The notes beneath the pieces are model-generated. The model was not told the DNA's origin. It made no database searches and worked only from the letters and a program-made list of their open reading frames with translations. From NCBI GenBank assembly GCA_965215125.1, contig OZ244052.1:448001-512000 (forward strand): DNA of 64,000 bases, in the 5' to 3' direction. The DNA comes from an uncultured candidatus Porisulfidus sp. Lineage in GTDB: Bacteria > Pseudomonadota > Gammaproteobacteria > Poriferisulfidales > Oxydemutatoraceae. The position numbers were made by a program, and so were the translations under genes. Each line of letters opens with the position of its first letter. Positions within the stretch are counted from its first letter, which is position 1. Shown here piece after piece: positions 18,751 through 29,014 of the stretch.

Positions 18751-19284
18751 ATGCCCGAAGTGCTTATCCCGTTGGCAACCGGCTACGAAGAAGTAGAAGC
18801 GGTTACATTAATAGACTTGTTGCGCCGTGCCGATATCAAAGTCACCACCGCCGCCTTGGACACCAAAGAAGTGTGTAGCTTACACGGCCTACACTTGGTT
18901 GCCGATACTACGCTCGACGAAGTTAAGGAATACAACTTTGATATGGTCGTGCTACCGGGCGGACAACCCGGTGCCGACAACCTCAATGCCGATCCTAGAA
19001 TCCACGAAATTCTAAAACGCCACCGTACAACGCAATGGATCGGTGCCATTTGCGCAGCCCCGAAGGTGCTGGTTGACGCGGGTGTTGTAGATCAATTAAA
19101 AATCACCGCTTACCCCGGCGTTTTAGAGGGGCAAAGTTCCCCAACCGAAGCGGTAGCATGCGACGACAAAGTGATTACCTCTCGCAGTCCCGGCACTGCG
19201 ATGGAATTTGCGCTGACAATCATAGAAAAACTAGTCGGCACCGAAAAGAGAAAAGCTGTAGAGAGCGACCTCATAACGGCATAA
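18751..19284 (+). CDS. yajL: DJ-1/YajL family protein
   Basis: GYEEVEAVT.IDLLRRA, VLPGGQPG, GAICAAP, ITSRSPGTA. Confidence 0.88.
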   Translation: MPEVLIPLATGYEEVEAVTLIDLLRRADIKVTTAALDTKEVCSLHGLHLVADTTLDEVKEYNFDMVVLPGGQPGADNLNADPRIHEILKRHRTTQWIGAICAAPKVLVDAGVVDQLKITAYPGVLEGQSSPTEAVACDDKVITSRSPGTAMEFALTIIEKLVGTEKRKAVESDLITA

Positions 19285-19410
19285 ACCGCCGATTGAACCT
19301 GCAGGTCAATTGGTATCACATTTTGCCAAACCGCAATGCAACCGACATATGTAGAGGCAGACCATTCCCCTCCTTCGGAGGGGTGGCAGGCGCGATAGAA
19401 CCACCACTTG
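19283..19410. repeat. Repeat island C
   Basis: AACCGCCGATTGAACCTGCAGGTCAATTGG hairpin plus CATTCCCCTCCTTCGGAGGGGTGGCAGGC. Confidence 0.85.
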
Positions 19411-19514
19411 TTGCAGTAGCACAAGTGGTGTCACTTTGTGCAGGACACTAACGCATATTGCAAAATGTAAAGCCTTTCTCTGGGGTGGTTGTCGTAATTA
19501 GGTGGCGTAGAGGG

Positions 19515-20308
19515 TTAGGGAAGGAAGCCTTCCAGGAAGACTCTGAGCTGGGTTTGGATGGTGTACGGATCCACGGCAAAGGCAAAGATCTCTTCCCGGC
19601 TGATACCGTCTGCTCGGGTTGCGGTAATCCTCACTTGGTAGCGACCGGCTCGGGTCGGGGTGCCATAGAGCATTGCCCCTTCTATGCGAAAGCCGAGCTC
19701 GTCGTGCGCTAGTTCGTTTTGCATCTCGTCCAGTAGGACGATGCTATAGTTCAGTGGTGTCGGACTAGTTAAAATCTCCGACGCAGTGAAGCGGTAATTT
19801 GACCCGGCTTCGCCTCTGGGAATGGCGCGCTCCGTGACGGCAATACGGGCAATCTTTAGGTCGTTACTTACTAACGCACCGCTCAGGTTCGATACCGTTG
19901 CGGTCGTTGCTTCCACTTGGAATAAGTACTCGGCATCGGCAAGGTCGTCGCTTAAATCCAATATCAGTTCGGCATGGGTCGTCGTCGCACGCACCACATC
20001 TTCAATGCGCAGTCCCGGCGGGGCATTTCTTAATCTGAAATCGTCCGGGCTGAGTGCTTGCTTCCAATGCGCACCGGCTAAGGTTAACTGCAAACTAGTC
20101 TTACCTTTTAGGTACGATAGGTCGTCGCTTGCTAGTGCGTTCAGTTGCACTTCGTAGCCGCGTATCTTCAGCTTCCAGTTTCTTAGTGTGACCATCCCGC
20201 CTGCCGCATTCCTGGCGATGAGTCGTCGTCGATGTCTATGTCGGTAAAGGTTTGGGCGTATAGGTGCGTGCCGAGTAGCACGAATAGGATGGTTATATAG
20301 TTTTTCAT
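19515..20308 (-). pseudogene. Broken gene for a secreted multidomain protein: signal-peptide fragment 20183-20308 out of frame with C-terminal fragment 19515 to ~20210
   Basis: GGAGG RBS, then MKNYITILFVLLGTHLYAQTFTDIDIDDD...stop after 41 aa; second frame TLRNWKLKI...LYGTPTRAGRYQVRITAT (Ig-like)...LRVFLEGFLP. Confidence 0.65.
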
Positions 20309-20449
20309 AATTACCTCCTGATAATTAAGTTCTATTAATTTACTAACTCATCCGCCCCCTGGATAAATTTCTATCAGGATAAATGATCTTTAATTTTTAA
20401 TCAAGGGCTATTGCCCATGTTTGCACGATTATAGAAACTCTTATTGAGT

Positions 20450-20824
20450 GGCACAGGGTGGTGGGGTTTGTGCAGACACGAAGGGGCTATTGAAAAAGTG
20501 CGGACATCGCACAAATTCAAACGCTGTGCGCCAACAAATAATGGTTTCCGTAAATTGGATGAATGAATATATAAATCATGCAGATACGACACCACCACCC
20601 CGGTCAGGCTCAGTAGAACCGCCGATTGACCTACTGGTTCAATCGGCGTGACTTTGTTCAGAACCTCAACATGATTGCTAAACGCATACATTGCAAAATG
20701 CTTAGGCCACCCCTCCGAAGGAGGGGAATAACCACCCCGTCAGGCGTAGCCTGCCACCCCTCCGAAGGAGGGGAATTAGATTGTGCAGAACCACAATGTA
20801 ACCGACATGCGTAGGGGTGGACTA
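20450..20824 (+). repeat. Repeat island D (long form and short form in tandem)
   Basis: Two CCCCTCCGAAGGAGGGG hairpins, CAGGC-gta-GCCTG hairpin, long insert as in islands B and G, GGGGCTATTGAAAAAGT. Confidence 0.92.
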
Positions 20825-22210
20825 TCACGATGCGATTCGTAGATACGGAGCCAGTTTGTGTCGTGCAAGATAGAGTAATAACAAACTGGGAACGACCATC
20901 ACCGTTGTCAAAATAAAAAACTGCATCCAGTCGCCGTCTAAAAAATCGACGAGTTGTCCGCTGTGTGCCGATAGCGTAGTACGCGATAGGTTTCCCAGAG
21001 AGGCGAGTAGCGCATATTGGGTTGCCGTATAAACACGACCACACAGTTGCGATATAAAAGCGACAAAAGCAACCGTAGAAATCGCGGTGGTGAATTGATC
21101 GCCGATCACTGCCACCGCAAATAACCGCGTGTCCGGTCCTACCGTAGCGAGTAGAGCAAACAGCAGATTGGTGGCAGCCATAGCAATCCCGCAAATTATC
21201 AAGCCTTTGAACAAACCGAAACGCACGCTAAAAATGCTCCCTATTATAGAAAATGCGATGATGCTACCCCAACCGACTAATTTAGAATATGTAGCAATCT
21301 GAGTTTCGTCAAAGCCAACCTCGGAATAGAACAACAAAGACATGCGCCCCAAAAAGGCTTCCCCTATCTTAAACAGGAATATAAAACCCAGTATTAAAAT
21401 TGATAACTGCAAACCGTTGCGACCGAAAAAGTCTGCCAGAGGTTTCCACACCAGAGAGATAAACCACGCCGATAGTGCCGCCAAAGCGGGAACCATATAG
21501 CGTCGTTTGAGCCAATTCGAGTATAGTGCCGTACGGGTTTGTCTCTGTAGCTGCAATCGCTTGTTTGCCGATTTTTCCGGGATCAACATCAATCCGATAT
21601 TGCTCAGAACAATGATTACCGTCATCAATAAATAACTCAGGTTCCACGGTTCGGCAACCCCTATTTCTTTTAATGCGGCAACCCCGTAAAGCGCGAGTGC
21701 ACCACCGGCGTTATAGCCGGTGTACCATCCCGCCGTTGCCATCGCCGCACCGACCACAACCAAAGCCTGTTCGTTCTTGGCAACCAACTCTATGCGCAAT
21801 GCGTCTATCGCAACATCCTGGGTTGCGGCAGCGGTTGCAATCACTAAGGCGGTCGCTGCAACATACACTAGAGAGGTTTGCACCGATATAAAATACATCG
21901 CAACGGCTGCCGAGAAAATAATAATCTGCATCGTCGCTATCCACGCTTTGCGCTGACCTATGCGTTTGGATAAAAACGGAATACGAATCGTATCGACCAA
22001 AGGCGCCCACAAAAAATTGATTGCGAATACCGCAAACACATAACCGAACAAACCGATCGCACTACGGCTCAAGCCTTCGTCTTTCAACCACAAAGTCATC
22101 ATCGAACCGATCAGTACCCACGGGAAACCGCTGATCGTTCCGATTAGGAGTATTTGCAGTATGCGAATATCCTGATACGGTCTTAAATGATCGAGCCAAT
22201 TTTTTGACAT
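20825..22210 (-). CDS. ampG: AmpG-family muropeptide MFS transporter
   Basis: SGFPWVL, NFLWAPLVD, ATQDVAIDALRIE, YTATQYALL. Confidence 0.92.
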   Translation of the reverse strand: MSKNWLDHLRPYQDIRILQILLIGTISGFPWVLIGSMMTLWLKDEGLSRSAIGLFGYVFAVFAINFLWAPLVDTIRIPFLSKRIGQRKAWIATMQIIIFSAAVAMYFISVQTSLVYVAATALVIATAAATQDVAIDALRIELVAKNEQALVVVGAAMATAGWYTGYNAGGALALYGVAALKEIGVAEPWNLSYLLMTVIIVLSNIGLMLIPEKSANKRLQLQRQTRTALYSNWLKRRYMVPALAALSAWFISLVWKPLADFFGRNGLQLSILILGFIFLFKIGEAFLGRMSLLFYSEVGFDETQIATYSKLVGWGSIIAFSIIGSIFSVRFGLFKGLIICGIAMAATNLLFALLATVGPDTRLFAVAVIGDQFTTAISTVAFVAFISQLCGRVYTATQYALLASLGNLSRTTLSAHSGQLVDFLDGDWMQFFILTTVMVVPSLLLLYLARHKLAPYLRIAS

Positions 22211-22240
22211 ATCATCTTGCGGTCGGAGGCTAATAAAAAA

Positions 22241-23029
22241 TCATACCGATGTGTTCGCGGAAATCCTTTGGTAATCGATGATTAACGGTGCATGGTCGGA
22301 AAACCGTTTGTCTTTATAGATGCGTGCCGCCTGCGGATGATAAGGTGCGCGCGCAGAGCTTAGTTGATAGTCAATACGCCATCCTACATTGTTTTCCCAC
22401 GCGCGTCCTCGATTAGACCACCAAGTATATTGATCGGGATCACGACACAGCACTCTGAATACATCGCAATAACCGACTTCGCCGAACAAGGTATCCAACC
22501 ATTGCCTCTCTTCGGGTAGAAAACCCGAGTTTTTTTTGTTGCCTCGCCAGTTTTTTAGATCTATTTCCTTATGTGCGATATTGATATCGCCGCAAATAAT
22601 ATAATGTCTGCGCCGTCGCTTCAAACGAATCAGATGCTCCATAAAGCTGTCCATAAAACGATATTTTGCCTGTTGACGCGCCTCGCCGGAAGACCCCGAC
22701 GGCGCGTAGACCGAAACCACCGATAAATTACCGAATTGCCCTTCTAGGTAGCGTCCTTCGTTATCGAACTCGGAATCGCCGTATGCCTTGATAATTTTAT
22801 CGGCTTTTCGTTTTGAATACAGTGCCACACCGCTATAGCCCTTTTTTTCGGCACTGTGGTAATAACAATGAAAACGATTCGGGAAAAACTTCTTGTCGTC
22901 GAGTTGCTCGGGCTGTATGCGCAGTTCCTGTAAGCATACAAAATCGGCATTCTGGCGGGCGAGCCAACGATAAAACCCTTTGCCGGCAGCCGAGCGTATG
23001 CCGTTGACATTGAGCGTGATAATCCGCAT
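22241..23029 (-). CDS. xth: Exodeoxyribonuclease III
   Basis: NVNGIRSA, CLQE, GYSGVA, GDINIAH, GWRIDY, SDHAP. Confidence 0.95.
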   Translation of the reverse strand: MRIITLNVNGIRSAAGKGFYRWLARQNADFVCLQELRIQPEQLDDKKFFPNRFHCYYHSAEKKGYSGVALYSKRKADKIIKAYGDSEFDNEGRYLEGQFGNLSVVSVYAPSGSSGEARQQAKYRFMDSFMEHLIRLKRRRRHYIICGDINIAHKEIDLKNWRGNKKNSGFLPEERQWLDTLFGEVGYCDVFRVLCRDPDQYTWWSNRGRAWENNVGWRIDYQLSSARAPYHPQAARIYKDKRFSDHAPLIIDYQRISANTSV

Positions 23030-26000
23030 TATCGGATTCGCTTTCTAAGATAGTTCTTTAGATCTTCGGTTATCATGTACAGGCACGGCAGCACGGTGAG
23101 TATCAGCACCGTCGCAAAAACCAGCCCGAAACCCAAACTGATTGCCATCGGCGATAGAAATTTGGTTTGACCGGTGGCGAAGAAAATCAGCGGCGATACA
23201 CCCAAGAAGGTCGTAATCGTAGTCAATATGATCGGGCGCGCTCGCCGGTAGCACGCAGAAACCACCGCTTCCTCACAGCTATAGCCTTGCTCGCGACGTT
23301 TTTTGACCTGATTCAACATAATCAAAGAATCGTTGACGATAATCCCGCTGAGTGCGACCAATCCAACTACAGACACGAATTGCAAATTATAGCCGAGTAG
23401 CGCATGTCCAATAATCACACCGATGAAACCGAACGGTACGGTGAGCAAAATAAGTACCGGTTCTCGCAAAGTCCGGAATAGTACCAGCAGGATTAAAAAT
23501 ATTCCCATAACGGCAACTATACCGGCAACCCGAATGCCTCTGAACGAATCGTCGGCGCGTTTTTTCGCTCCTCTAAAGACCATATCGTATTCGGGAAGCT
23601 GTTCGTATAGCGGTCCGAATTGGCGTGCGATCTGGCCGTATACTTGAAACGGGGTAAGCTCCTCGCTGTCTACTTCGCCGGTAATCGTAACGATGCGACG
23701 ACCGTCGAGGCGGGTCAAGCGGTTAAAACTACGGTCTAGCTTGATCGTTGCCACTTCGTTGAGGTAGACCACTCTGCCGTCGGATAAAGTCAGCGGTAAC
23801 TGCATCAGACGATTGCTATCGTTGCGTATCTCTTCGTCGAAGATAACTCGTACCGGATAGCGTTCGTCACCCCAGTTGACATAGACCGCTTTCACACCCA
23901 AATAACCGGTGCGTAGTGCATCGGCAACTTGTTTTTGGGTAAGCCCCAAGCGTTGCCCGCGTTCGTTCAACTGATAGCGCACTTCCAGCTTGCCTCTATC
24001 CATATCGTGCTGCAGATCGTAGACACCGGCGATGCCGCGCAAATAATCTATCAATTCTTCCGCGCGATCTTCCAATCTCTCCAGGTCGGAACCGGCAATG
24101 CTAACCTCAATATCCGCCCCCGTCGGACCGGCTTCCGGACGCACTATAGAAAAACGCTTGACACCGGACATACTCGATACCCGTTCGCGTATTAACCCGA
24201 TAATCTCCTCCACATTGCGTTTGCGAGAACCCTGCTCGTCGAACTTGAAACTCACCAACGGCACGATAAAACGCTCGACAAAAGTTTGTGGTTCTTGCTT
24301 AGTCAGCGATACCACGAACTGACAGTAGTTGTCTCCGACTTTGGATTGCCTGCTACCACCGCGTCCACTCAATAACACGCCGATATTGCTCAGCATGGTT
24401 TTCAATTCGTATTCGTGTCCGTCGAACACCGCGTAGATCTCTTTTTCGGCGCGCGTCGCCAAAGCCTCGGTTTCTTCTATGCTGTAATTGCTGGGGGCTT
24501 CTATGTTGACGAAAAACTCGTCTACCTCGATGTGACCGAATAGTTGAAAAGGAATACGCGTTGTCAGAATAATAAGTGCCAACATCAATACACAGCTCGC
24601 CGCAACGAAAACAAAATATCTGTTATACAGGCCCCAGCGTAGATAGCGTTCGTAGGGTGCCAGTAACTTTTTCCAGTTCACGAAACCCTGCTTATCGTCC
24701 GCCGACGGTAACATACCCGCTCCCACCGCAGCGGCACCTACCGAAAGACTTTTGAGACGAGTTCGCGCTTTTAAGAATAAATTGGCATGCGAAGGCAACA
24801 CAAAAAAGGCTTCCAACAAAGAGCCCAGCAGCGCAGCACTGACTACAACCGGAATAACCTTGACGAACTCTCCCATCCTGCCGCCGATGGCAAGTAAAGG
24901 TAGAAAAGCAATGACGGTAGTCAAAGTCGCGGCAATGACCGGTGCGACAATCTCGCGCGTCCCGCGTAAAGCCGCCTGTCTAACCGGCATACCTTCCTCT
25001 ACATAGTGATGGATATTTTCGGTCACAATAATGGCATCGTCGACTATCATTCCCAACGCAATCAAAAAGGCGAACAAAGACACCATGTTGATAGTGAAAC
25101 CCAAATAATAAATGCTGACCACGGCGACCAAAAAAGAAATAGGAATGCCGAAAGCGGTAATCAACGCAACCCTGAAATTCAATAAAAAATAAAGCGATGC
25201 AAGCAATAACACCAGACCGATCAGTCCGGACGAGAAAACGGTCTTCAACCGGGTGTCTATATAAACCGAAAAATCGTTATGATAACCGACTTGTATTGCC
25301 GCCGGGAGCAGGGCCGGTATCTCTTCCTTTATCAACCTTCTAACTTCTTTTGCTATATCGTTCGTAGACGCTCTCACATCTTTGGTTATAACCAAGTTCA
25401 ATGACTGCAAACCCGAAAATCGCCCTTGCGTTTGGACAGTTTCAAGTGTCATTTCCACATCGGCAATATCGCCTACTCGTAATTGACCGCCGTCTCTATT
25501 GGTTCTGATAGCGATATCCTTAACCGCCTGCACATTATCGGCAACACTCATTCCGCGCAGTTGTATATCGCCCTCTAATGCCGACAAAGAACCGCCCGGA
25601 CGATCTCCTAGATTCGCCGCCAACGCATTGCGAATTTCTTCCAGAGAGACCTCTTTTGCGGCGATTTCATAGGGGTCTACAACCACCCAAACTTCGGTGT
25701 CGCGCTCGCCGGCGATATTTACCCCGCCGACCCCTTCGATTTTCTGTATCGCTTGCTTGACTATCTCGCTGGCACGGATGAGCTCGGCTTCGTCGACATC
25801 GCCGTAGACACTCACACTGATAACCGGAAAATTACTCTTACGACGAGAGATACGCGGCTTTTCTATATCGCCGGGCAGGTCTTCTATCGAGTCAACTTCT
25901 ATTTCCACATTGCGCACTACTTCCTCTACATCGACGCCCGGTTTGAGGTCCAAATAAATGCGGGAAATTCCCTCTAGACTTACAGACTGCAATTCGTCTA

Positions 26001-26223
26001 TCTCGCTGATATCGTCGACCTCGTCTTCTATCGGGATAGTCAGCTGACGCTCGACTTCAACCGGCGGTGCTCCTTCGTACTCGGTCTCTATAGAAATCGT
26101 ATCCGACTCGATTACCGGGAACATTTCCTGCGGCATCGCCCGCCACGACAAAATACCGACGACTACAATCGTCAGCAGTAGAAAATTAGTAATTATGGGA
26201 TTTTTAACAAAGTACTCAACCAT
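23029..26223 (-). CDS. RND-family efflux permease (AcrB/AcrD/AcrF family)
   Basis: 1064 aa; LGMIVDDAIIVTENI, GIIVNDSL, RARPIILTTITT, PMAISLGFGL. Confidence 0.92.
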   Translation of the reverse strand: MVEYFVKNPIITNFLLLTIVVVGILSWRAMPQEMFPVIESDTISIETEYEGAPPVEVERQLTIPIEDEVDDISEIDELQSVSLEGISRIYLDLKPGVDVEEVVRNVEIEVDSIEDLPGDIEKPRISRRKSNFPVISVSVYGDVDEAELIRASEIVKQAIQKIEGVGGVNIAGERDTEVWVVVDPYEIAAKEVSLEEIRNALAANLGDRPGGSLSALEGDIQLRGMSVADNVQAVKDIAIRTNRDGGQLRVGDIADVEMTLETVQTQGRFSGLQSLNLVITKDVRASTNDIAKEVRRLIKEEIPALLPAAIQVGYHNDFSVYIDTRLKTVFSSGLIGLVLLLASLYFLLNFRVALITAFGIPISFLVAVVSIYYLGFTINMVSLFAFLIALGMIVDDAIIVTENIHHYVEEGMPVRQAALRGTREIVAPVIAATLTTVIAFLPLLAIGGRMGEFVKVIPVVVSAALLGSLLEAFFVLPSHANLFLKARTRLKSLSVGAAAVGAGMLPSADDKQGFVNWKKLLAPYERYLRWGLYNRYFVFVAASCVLMLALIILTTRIPFQLFGHIEVDEFFVNIEAPSNYSIEETEALATRAEKEIYAVFDGHEYELKTMLSNIGVLLSGRGGSRQSKVGDNYCQFVVSLTKQEPQTFVERFIVPLVSFKFDEQGSRKRNVEEIIGLIRERVSSMSGVKRFSIVRPEAGPTGADIEVSIAGSDLERLEDRAEELIDYLRGIAGVYDLQHDMDRGKLEVRYQLNERGQRLGLTQKQVADALRTGYLGVKAVYVNWGDERYPVRVIFDEEIRNDSNRLMQLPLTLSDGRVVYLNEVATIKLDRSFNRLTRLDGRRIVTITGEVDSEELTPFQVYGQIARQFGPLYEQLPEYDMVFRGAKKRADDSFRGIRVAGIVAVMGIFLILLVLFRTLREPVLILLTVPFGFIGVIIGHALLGYNLQFVSVVGLVALSGIIVNDSLIMLNQVKKRREQGYSCEEAVVSACYRRARPIILTTITTFLGVSPLIFFATGQTKFLSPMAISLGFGLVFATVLILTVLPCLYMITEDLKNYLRKRIR

Positions 26224-26257
26224 AGCAATATCTATTCCATAAGATTATAAATGAGAA

Positions 26258-27118
26258 CTATTGTATACCCAAACTATGCGGTTTTGGATAGATTGCCTGC
26301 AAATCGTCGCACCGAATCTGGAATTCCCGCTCATTGCCACCGTCAAGACGATACGCAGTCAGGCAACCGCCCCAGACACATCCGGAATCGAGTGCGATAT
26401 AAGACTTCATTCGTCGATATCCGAGTGCCGCCCAGTGCCCGAATAACACCGTATAATCGGGGTCGCGCTCGTGCGCAAGCGTATACCACGGATACAGTCC
26501 GAGAGGATGTTCACCCGGCGAAGTCTTGGCTTGAAAATCCATACGCCCCCGAGCATCGCAAAAACGAATACCGGTCATTGCATTGACGGTGATCGCCGAA
26601 CGCTCGATACCTTGCAGATGGTCTTCCCACAACGCAGGGGTGTTTTTTTGGTCGAGTAGCTGCGCCAGAAAAATTTTTCGGTCGGGACTTTGTAATTGTC
26701 GGCAGACATGTTCCGCCAATTCTACCGCCAATGCTATATCCCATTGTGGTAACAAACCGGCATGGACGAGTATCAGTTTTCTTTGATGATCAACCCTCAA
26801 TAACGGTTGCCGTGCGACCCATTCCAATAAAAGGTCGGCATCGGGTGCATCGAGTACCGCATCGAGCGTGCTTTGCGATGCCTCTATTAAACCGTCTGCG
26901 AGTTTGAGCAAATGCAACTCGTGATTGCCGAGTACCCATTTTGCGTTATTTCCCAAGCTCCTGACAAAATTCAGCGTCTCTAAAGACTGCGGACCTCGGT
27001 TGACAATATCGCCGGCGAACCATAACTCGTCTTCGGCAGGGTCGTAGTTGATATGGTCGAGCAGACGGCATAACGCGTCATAACATCCCTGCACATCACC
27101 GATCGCGTATAAACTCAT
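26258..27118 (-). CDS. apaH: Symmetrical bis(5'-nucleosyl)-tetraphosphatase
   Basis: YAIGDVQGC, GDIVNRGPQS, LGNHE, FGHWAALG, LDSGCVWG. Confidence 0.96.
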   Translation of the reverse strand: MSLYAIGDVQGCYDALCRLLDHINYDPAEDELWFAGDIVNRGPQSLETLNFVRSLGNNAKWVLGNHELHLLKLADGLIEASQSTLDAVLDAPDADLLLEWVARQPLLRVDHQRKLILVHAGLLPQWDIALAVELAEHVCRQLQSPDRKIFLAQLLDQKNTPALWEDHLQGIERSAITVNAMTGIRFCDARGRMDFQAKTSPGEHPLGLYPWYTLAHERDPDYTVLFGHWAALGYRRMKSYIALDSGCVWGGCLTAYRLDGGNEREFQIRCDDLQAIYPKPHSLGIQ

Positions 27119-27135
27119 CGGGTTTTAGTCTGTGT

Positions 27136-27310
27136 CATTCCCTTCCTCCGGCGTAGTGGCTTGTGGGGGCTGACGAGGTGGTTGTGGCATGGGGTTGTTG
27201 AAAAAGTATCCACGAACCTGAGGGGCGGTACATTCCCCTCCTTTGGAGGGGTGGCAGGCGTAGCCTGACGGGGTGGTTGTGGCATGTCTGCACAATGTAA
27301 CGACGATCAA
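27136..27310 (-). repeat. Repeat island E inside the rsmA-apaG-apaH operon
   Basis: Degenerate and intact copies of CATTCCCCTCC..GGAGGGGTGGCAGGC-gta-GCCTGACGGGGTGGT, plus GGGGTTGTTGAAAAAGT. Confidence 0.9.
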
Positions 27311-27331
27311 CCTGCCGGCACACTCGGCGGT

Positions 27332-27709
27332 TCAATGTATGGTGCGCGGTGCCGACAGTAAAAATTCTTTTATTTCGGCCTCAAACTCCGAACCGTCTTC
27401 GGCGAGCATCTTATAGCTTCCGCGCATCGTTCCGAACGGTGTTTCCAATACCGTCCCGCTGGTATAAGAAAAACGAGTACCCGGATGTAAATAAGGCTGT
27501 TCTCCGACTACCCCTTCACCTTTAACTTCTTGCACTTTCTGGTTTGAATCGGTAATGACCCAATGCCTAGAAATCAACTGAGCCGAGATATCTCCTTTGT
27601 TTTCAATCGTCACCGTATATACGAAAACATATCGGTCTTCCGAAGAGTCGGATTGCTCTTCTAAGTACTGTGTTTCTACATTAATTTCTATGTCTTTACC
27701 GGGTGGCAT
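27332..27709 (-). CDS. apaG: ApaG
   Basis: YLEEQS...YVFVY.VTI.N...QLISRHW.ITD...GEGVVGEQP...YTSG. Confidence 0.96.
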   Translation of the reverse strand: MPPGKDIEINVETQYLEEQSDSSEDRYVFVYTVTIENKGDISAQLISRHWVITDSNQKVQEVKGEGVVGEQPYLHPGTRFSYTSGTVLETPFGTMRGSYKMLAEDGSEFEAEIKEFLLSAPRTIH

Positions 27710-27710
27710 A

Positions 27711-28490
27711 CTATTTCCTTCGTTTGTGTAGATATTCTAACATGTTTATAAATTGATCAATCTCTAAACTGTCGGCACGGCAATCGGGATCTATTCCTAA
27801 ATATTCCAATTCCTCTTTGGCAAATAGTTCGGACAACGCATTTGCTAAGGTTTTACGCCTACCGGCAAATGCAAGCTGCACAATGCTATCGAGTTCTTTT
27901 AAGGCTGATTGTGAAAGCCTGGGTTGTGGCTTAAAACGAACAAGGGTGGATACGACTTTGGGGGACGGCACAAAGGCTTGCGGCGAAACATCGAAAAGCG
28001 CGTCTATCTCAAAACAACATCTCGCTACGATCCCCAATCTACCGTATTGTTTATCGGTGGACGATGCAGTTAATCTTTGAACAACCTCGCGTTGCAACAT
28101 CAAGTGCATATCAATAATATAATCTTGAAACGAGGCAAGATGAAAAATCAATGCGGTCGATATATTGTACGGAAGATTACCGATAAAACGCGCCGGCTGT
28201 TTCTCTAAAAGTTCTGCAAAATCCACTTTGAGCGCATCGGCGCGATGTACTCGTAGTTTCGGATATCGCAGCGTTTTTAATTCTAAATCACCTGCCAGAT
28301 CGCGATCTATTTCAACCCCGTGTATCAGAGAGACTCTATCGTGCAAAGGATAGGTCAAAGCACCTTCACCGGGACCTATTTCCACAATCGTGTCGTCGGG
28401 CTCGGGGGAGATCGCAAAAACTATGCGAGAAATAATATTAGGGTTGCATAAGAAATGCTGCCCGAAACGTTTACGAGGATACCGTGCCAT
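27711..28490 (-). CDS. rsmA: 16S rRNA adenine dimethyltransferase
   Basis: RKRFGQHFL, EIGPGEGALT, GNLPYNIS, MLQREV, FVPSPKV. Confidence 0.96.
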   Translation of the reverse strand: MARYPRKRFGQHFLCNPNIISRIVFAISPEPDDTIVEIGPGEGALTYPLHDRVSLIHGVEIDRDLAGDLELKTLRYPKLRVHRADALKVDFAELLEKQPARFIGNLPYNISTALIFHLASFQDYIIDMHLMLQREVVQRLTASSTDKQYGRLGIVARCCFEIDALFDVSPQAFVPSPKVVSTLVRFKPQPRLSQSALKELDSIVQLAFAGRRKTLANALSELFAKEELEYLGIDPDCRADSLEIDQFINMLEYLHKRRK

Positions 28491-28557
28491 AATCCATTCA
28501 ATTTAGTCTGATTTATCAATGCAGGCTTTATTGTATAGGAAGAAAAAATTACATCCG

Positions 28558-28566
28558 TGCTATAAT
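28558..28566 (+). promoter_or_regulatory. Extended -10 promoter of ssrA
   Basis: TGcTATAAT just upstream of the tmRNA 5' end. Confidence 0.7.
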
Positions 28567-28577
28567 TCTCGCTTTAC

Positions 28578-28935
28578 GGGGGCGATCTTGGTTTCGACGG
28601 ATATTATGAAACTTGAGGTGCATGTCGAGCAGGTAAGAAACTCGTTAAACTTTTTGCAGAAAATTAGTTGCCAATCAAGAAGACAACTACGCATTAGCGG
28701 CCTAAACAACCGGCTATGCCTCCTCTCTTGAGGTGCTTGTAACTTAAGCAGAGGGGTCGATCAACAAGCTCGCGTGCGAATAGACTCGAAGTTCAAGCGT
28801 TAAATCTTCATTCGGGGAAGCCGACTACTCAGCCTGTTCGCCGGCCGTAGACGGTGTGATTAAAGACGAACTAAACATGTAGTACCGAGAGCGGAATATA
28901 TGCGGACGCGGGTTCAATTCCCGCCGCCTCCACCA
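28578..28935 (+). ncRNA. ssrA: tmRNA; tag (A)ANQEDNYALAA encoded at 28670-28705
   Basis: 5' GGGGGCGATCTTGGTTTCGAC, 3' GGACGCGGGTTCAATTCCCGCCGCCTCCACCA, tag ending YALAA-stop. Confidence 0.97.
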
Positions 28936-28959
28936 CCGAATAAACATTACCGGGTTGAG

Positions 28960-29014
28960 CTACCCCGTGGCTACGCCTGCCACCCCTCCGAAGGAAGGAA
29001 TGGTTCGTCCCTAC
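28960..29014 (+). repeat. Repeat island F between ssrA and dat
   Basis: GGCTACGCCTGCCACCCCTCCGAAGGAAGGAATGG...CCCTAC. Confidence 0.85.

Noticed and set aside
28936-29010. Integrative element at the ssrA 3' end
   Set aside because: No integrase and no duplicated ssrA 3' end; only a short repeat before dat.
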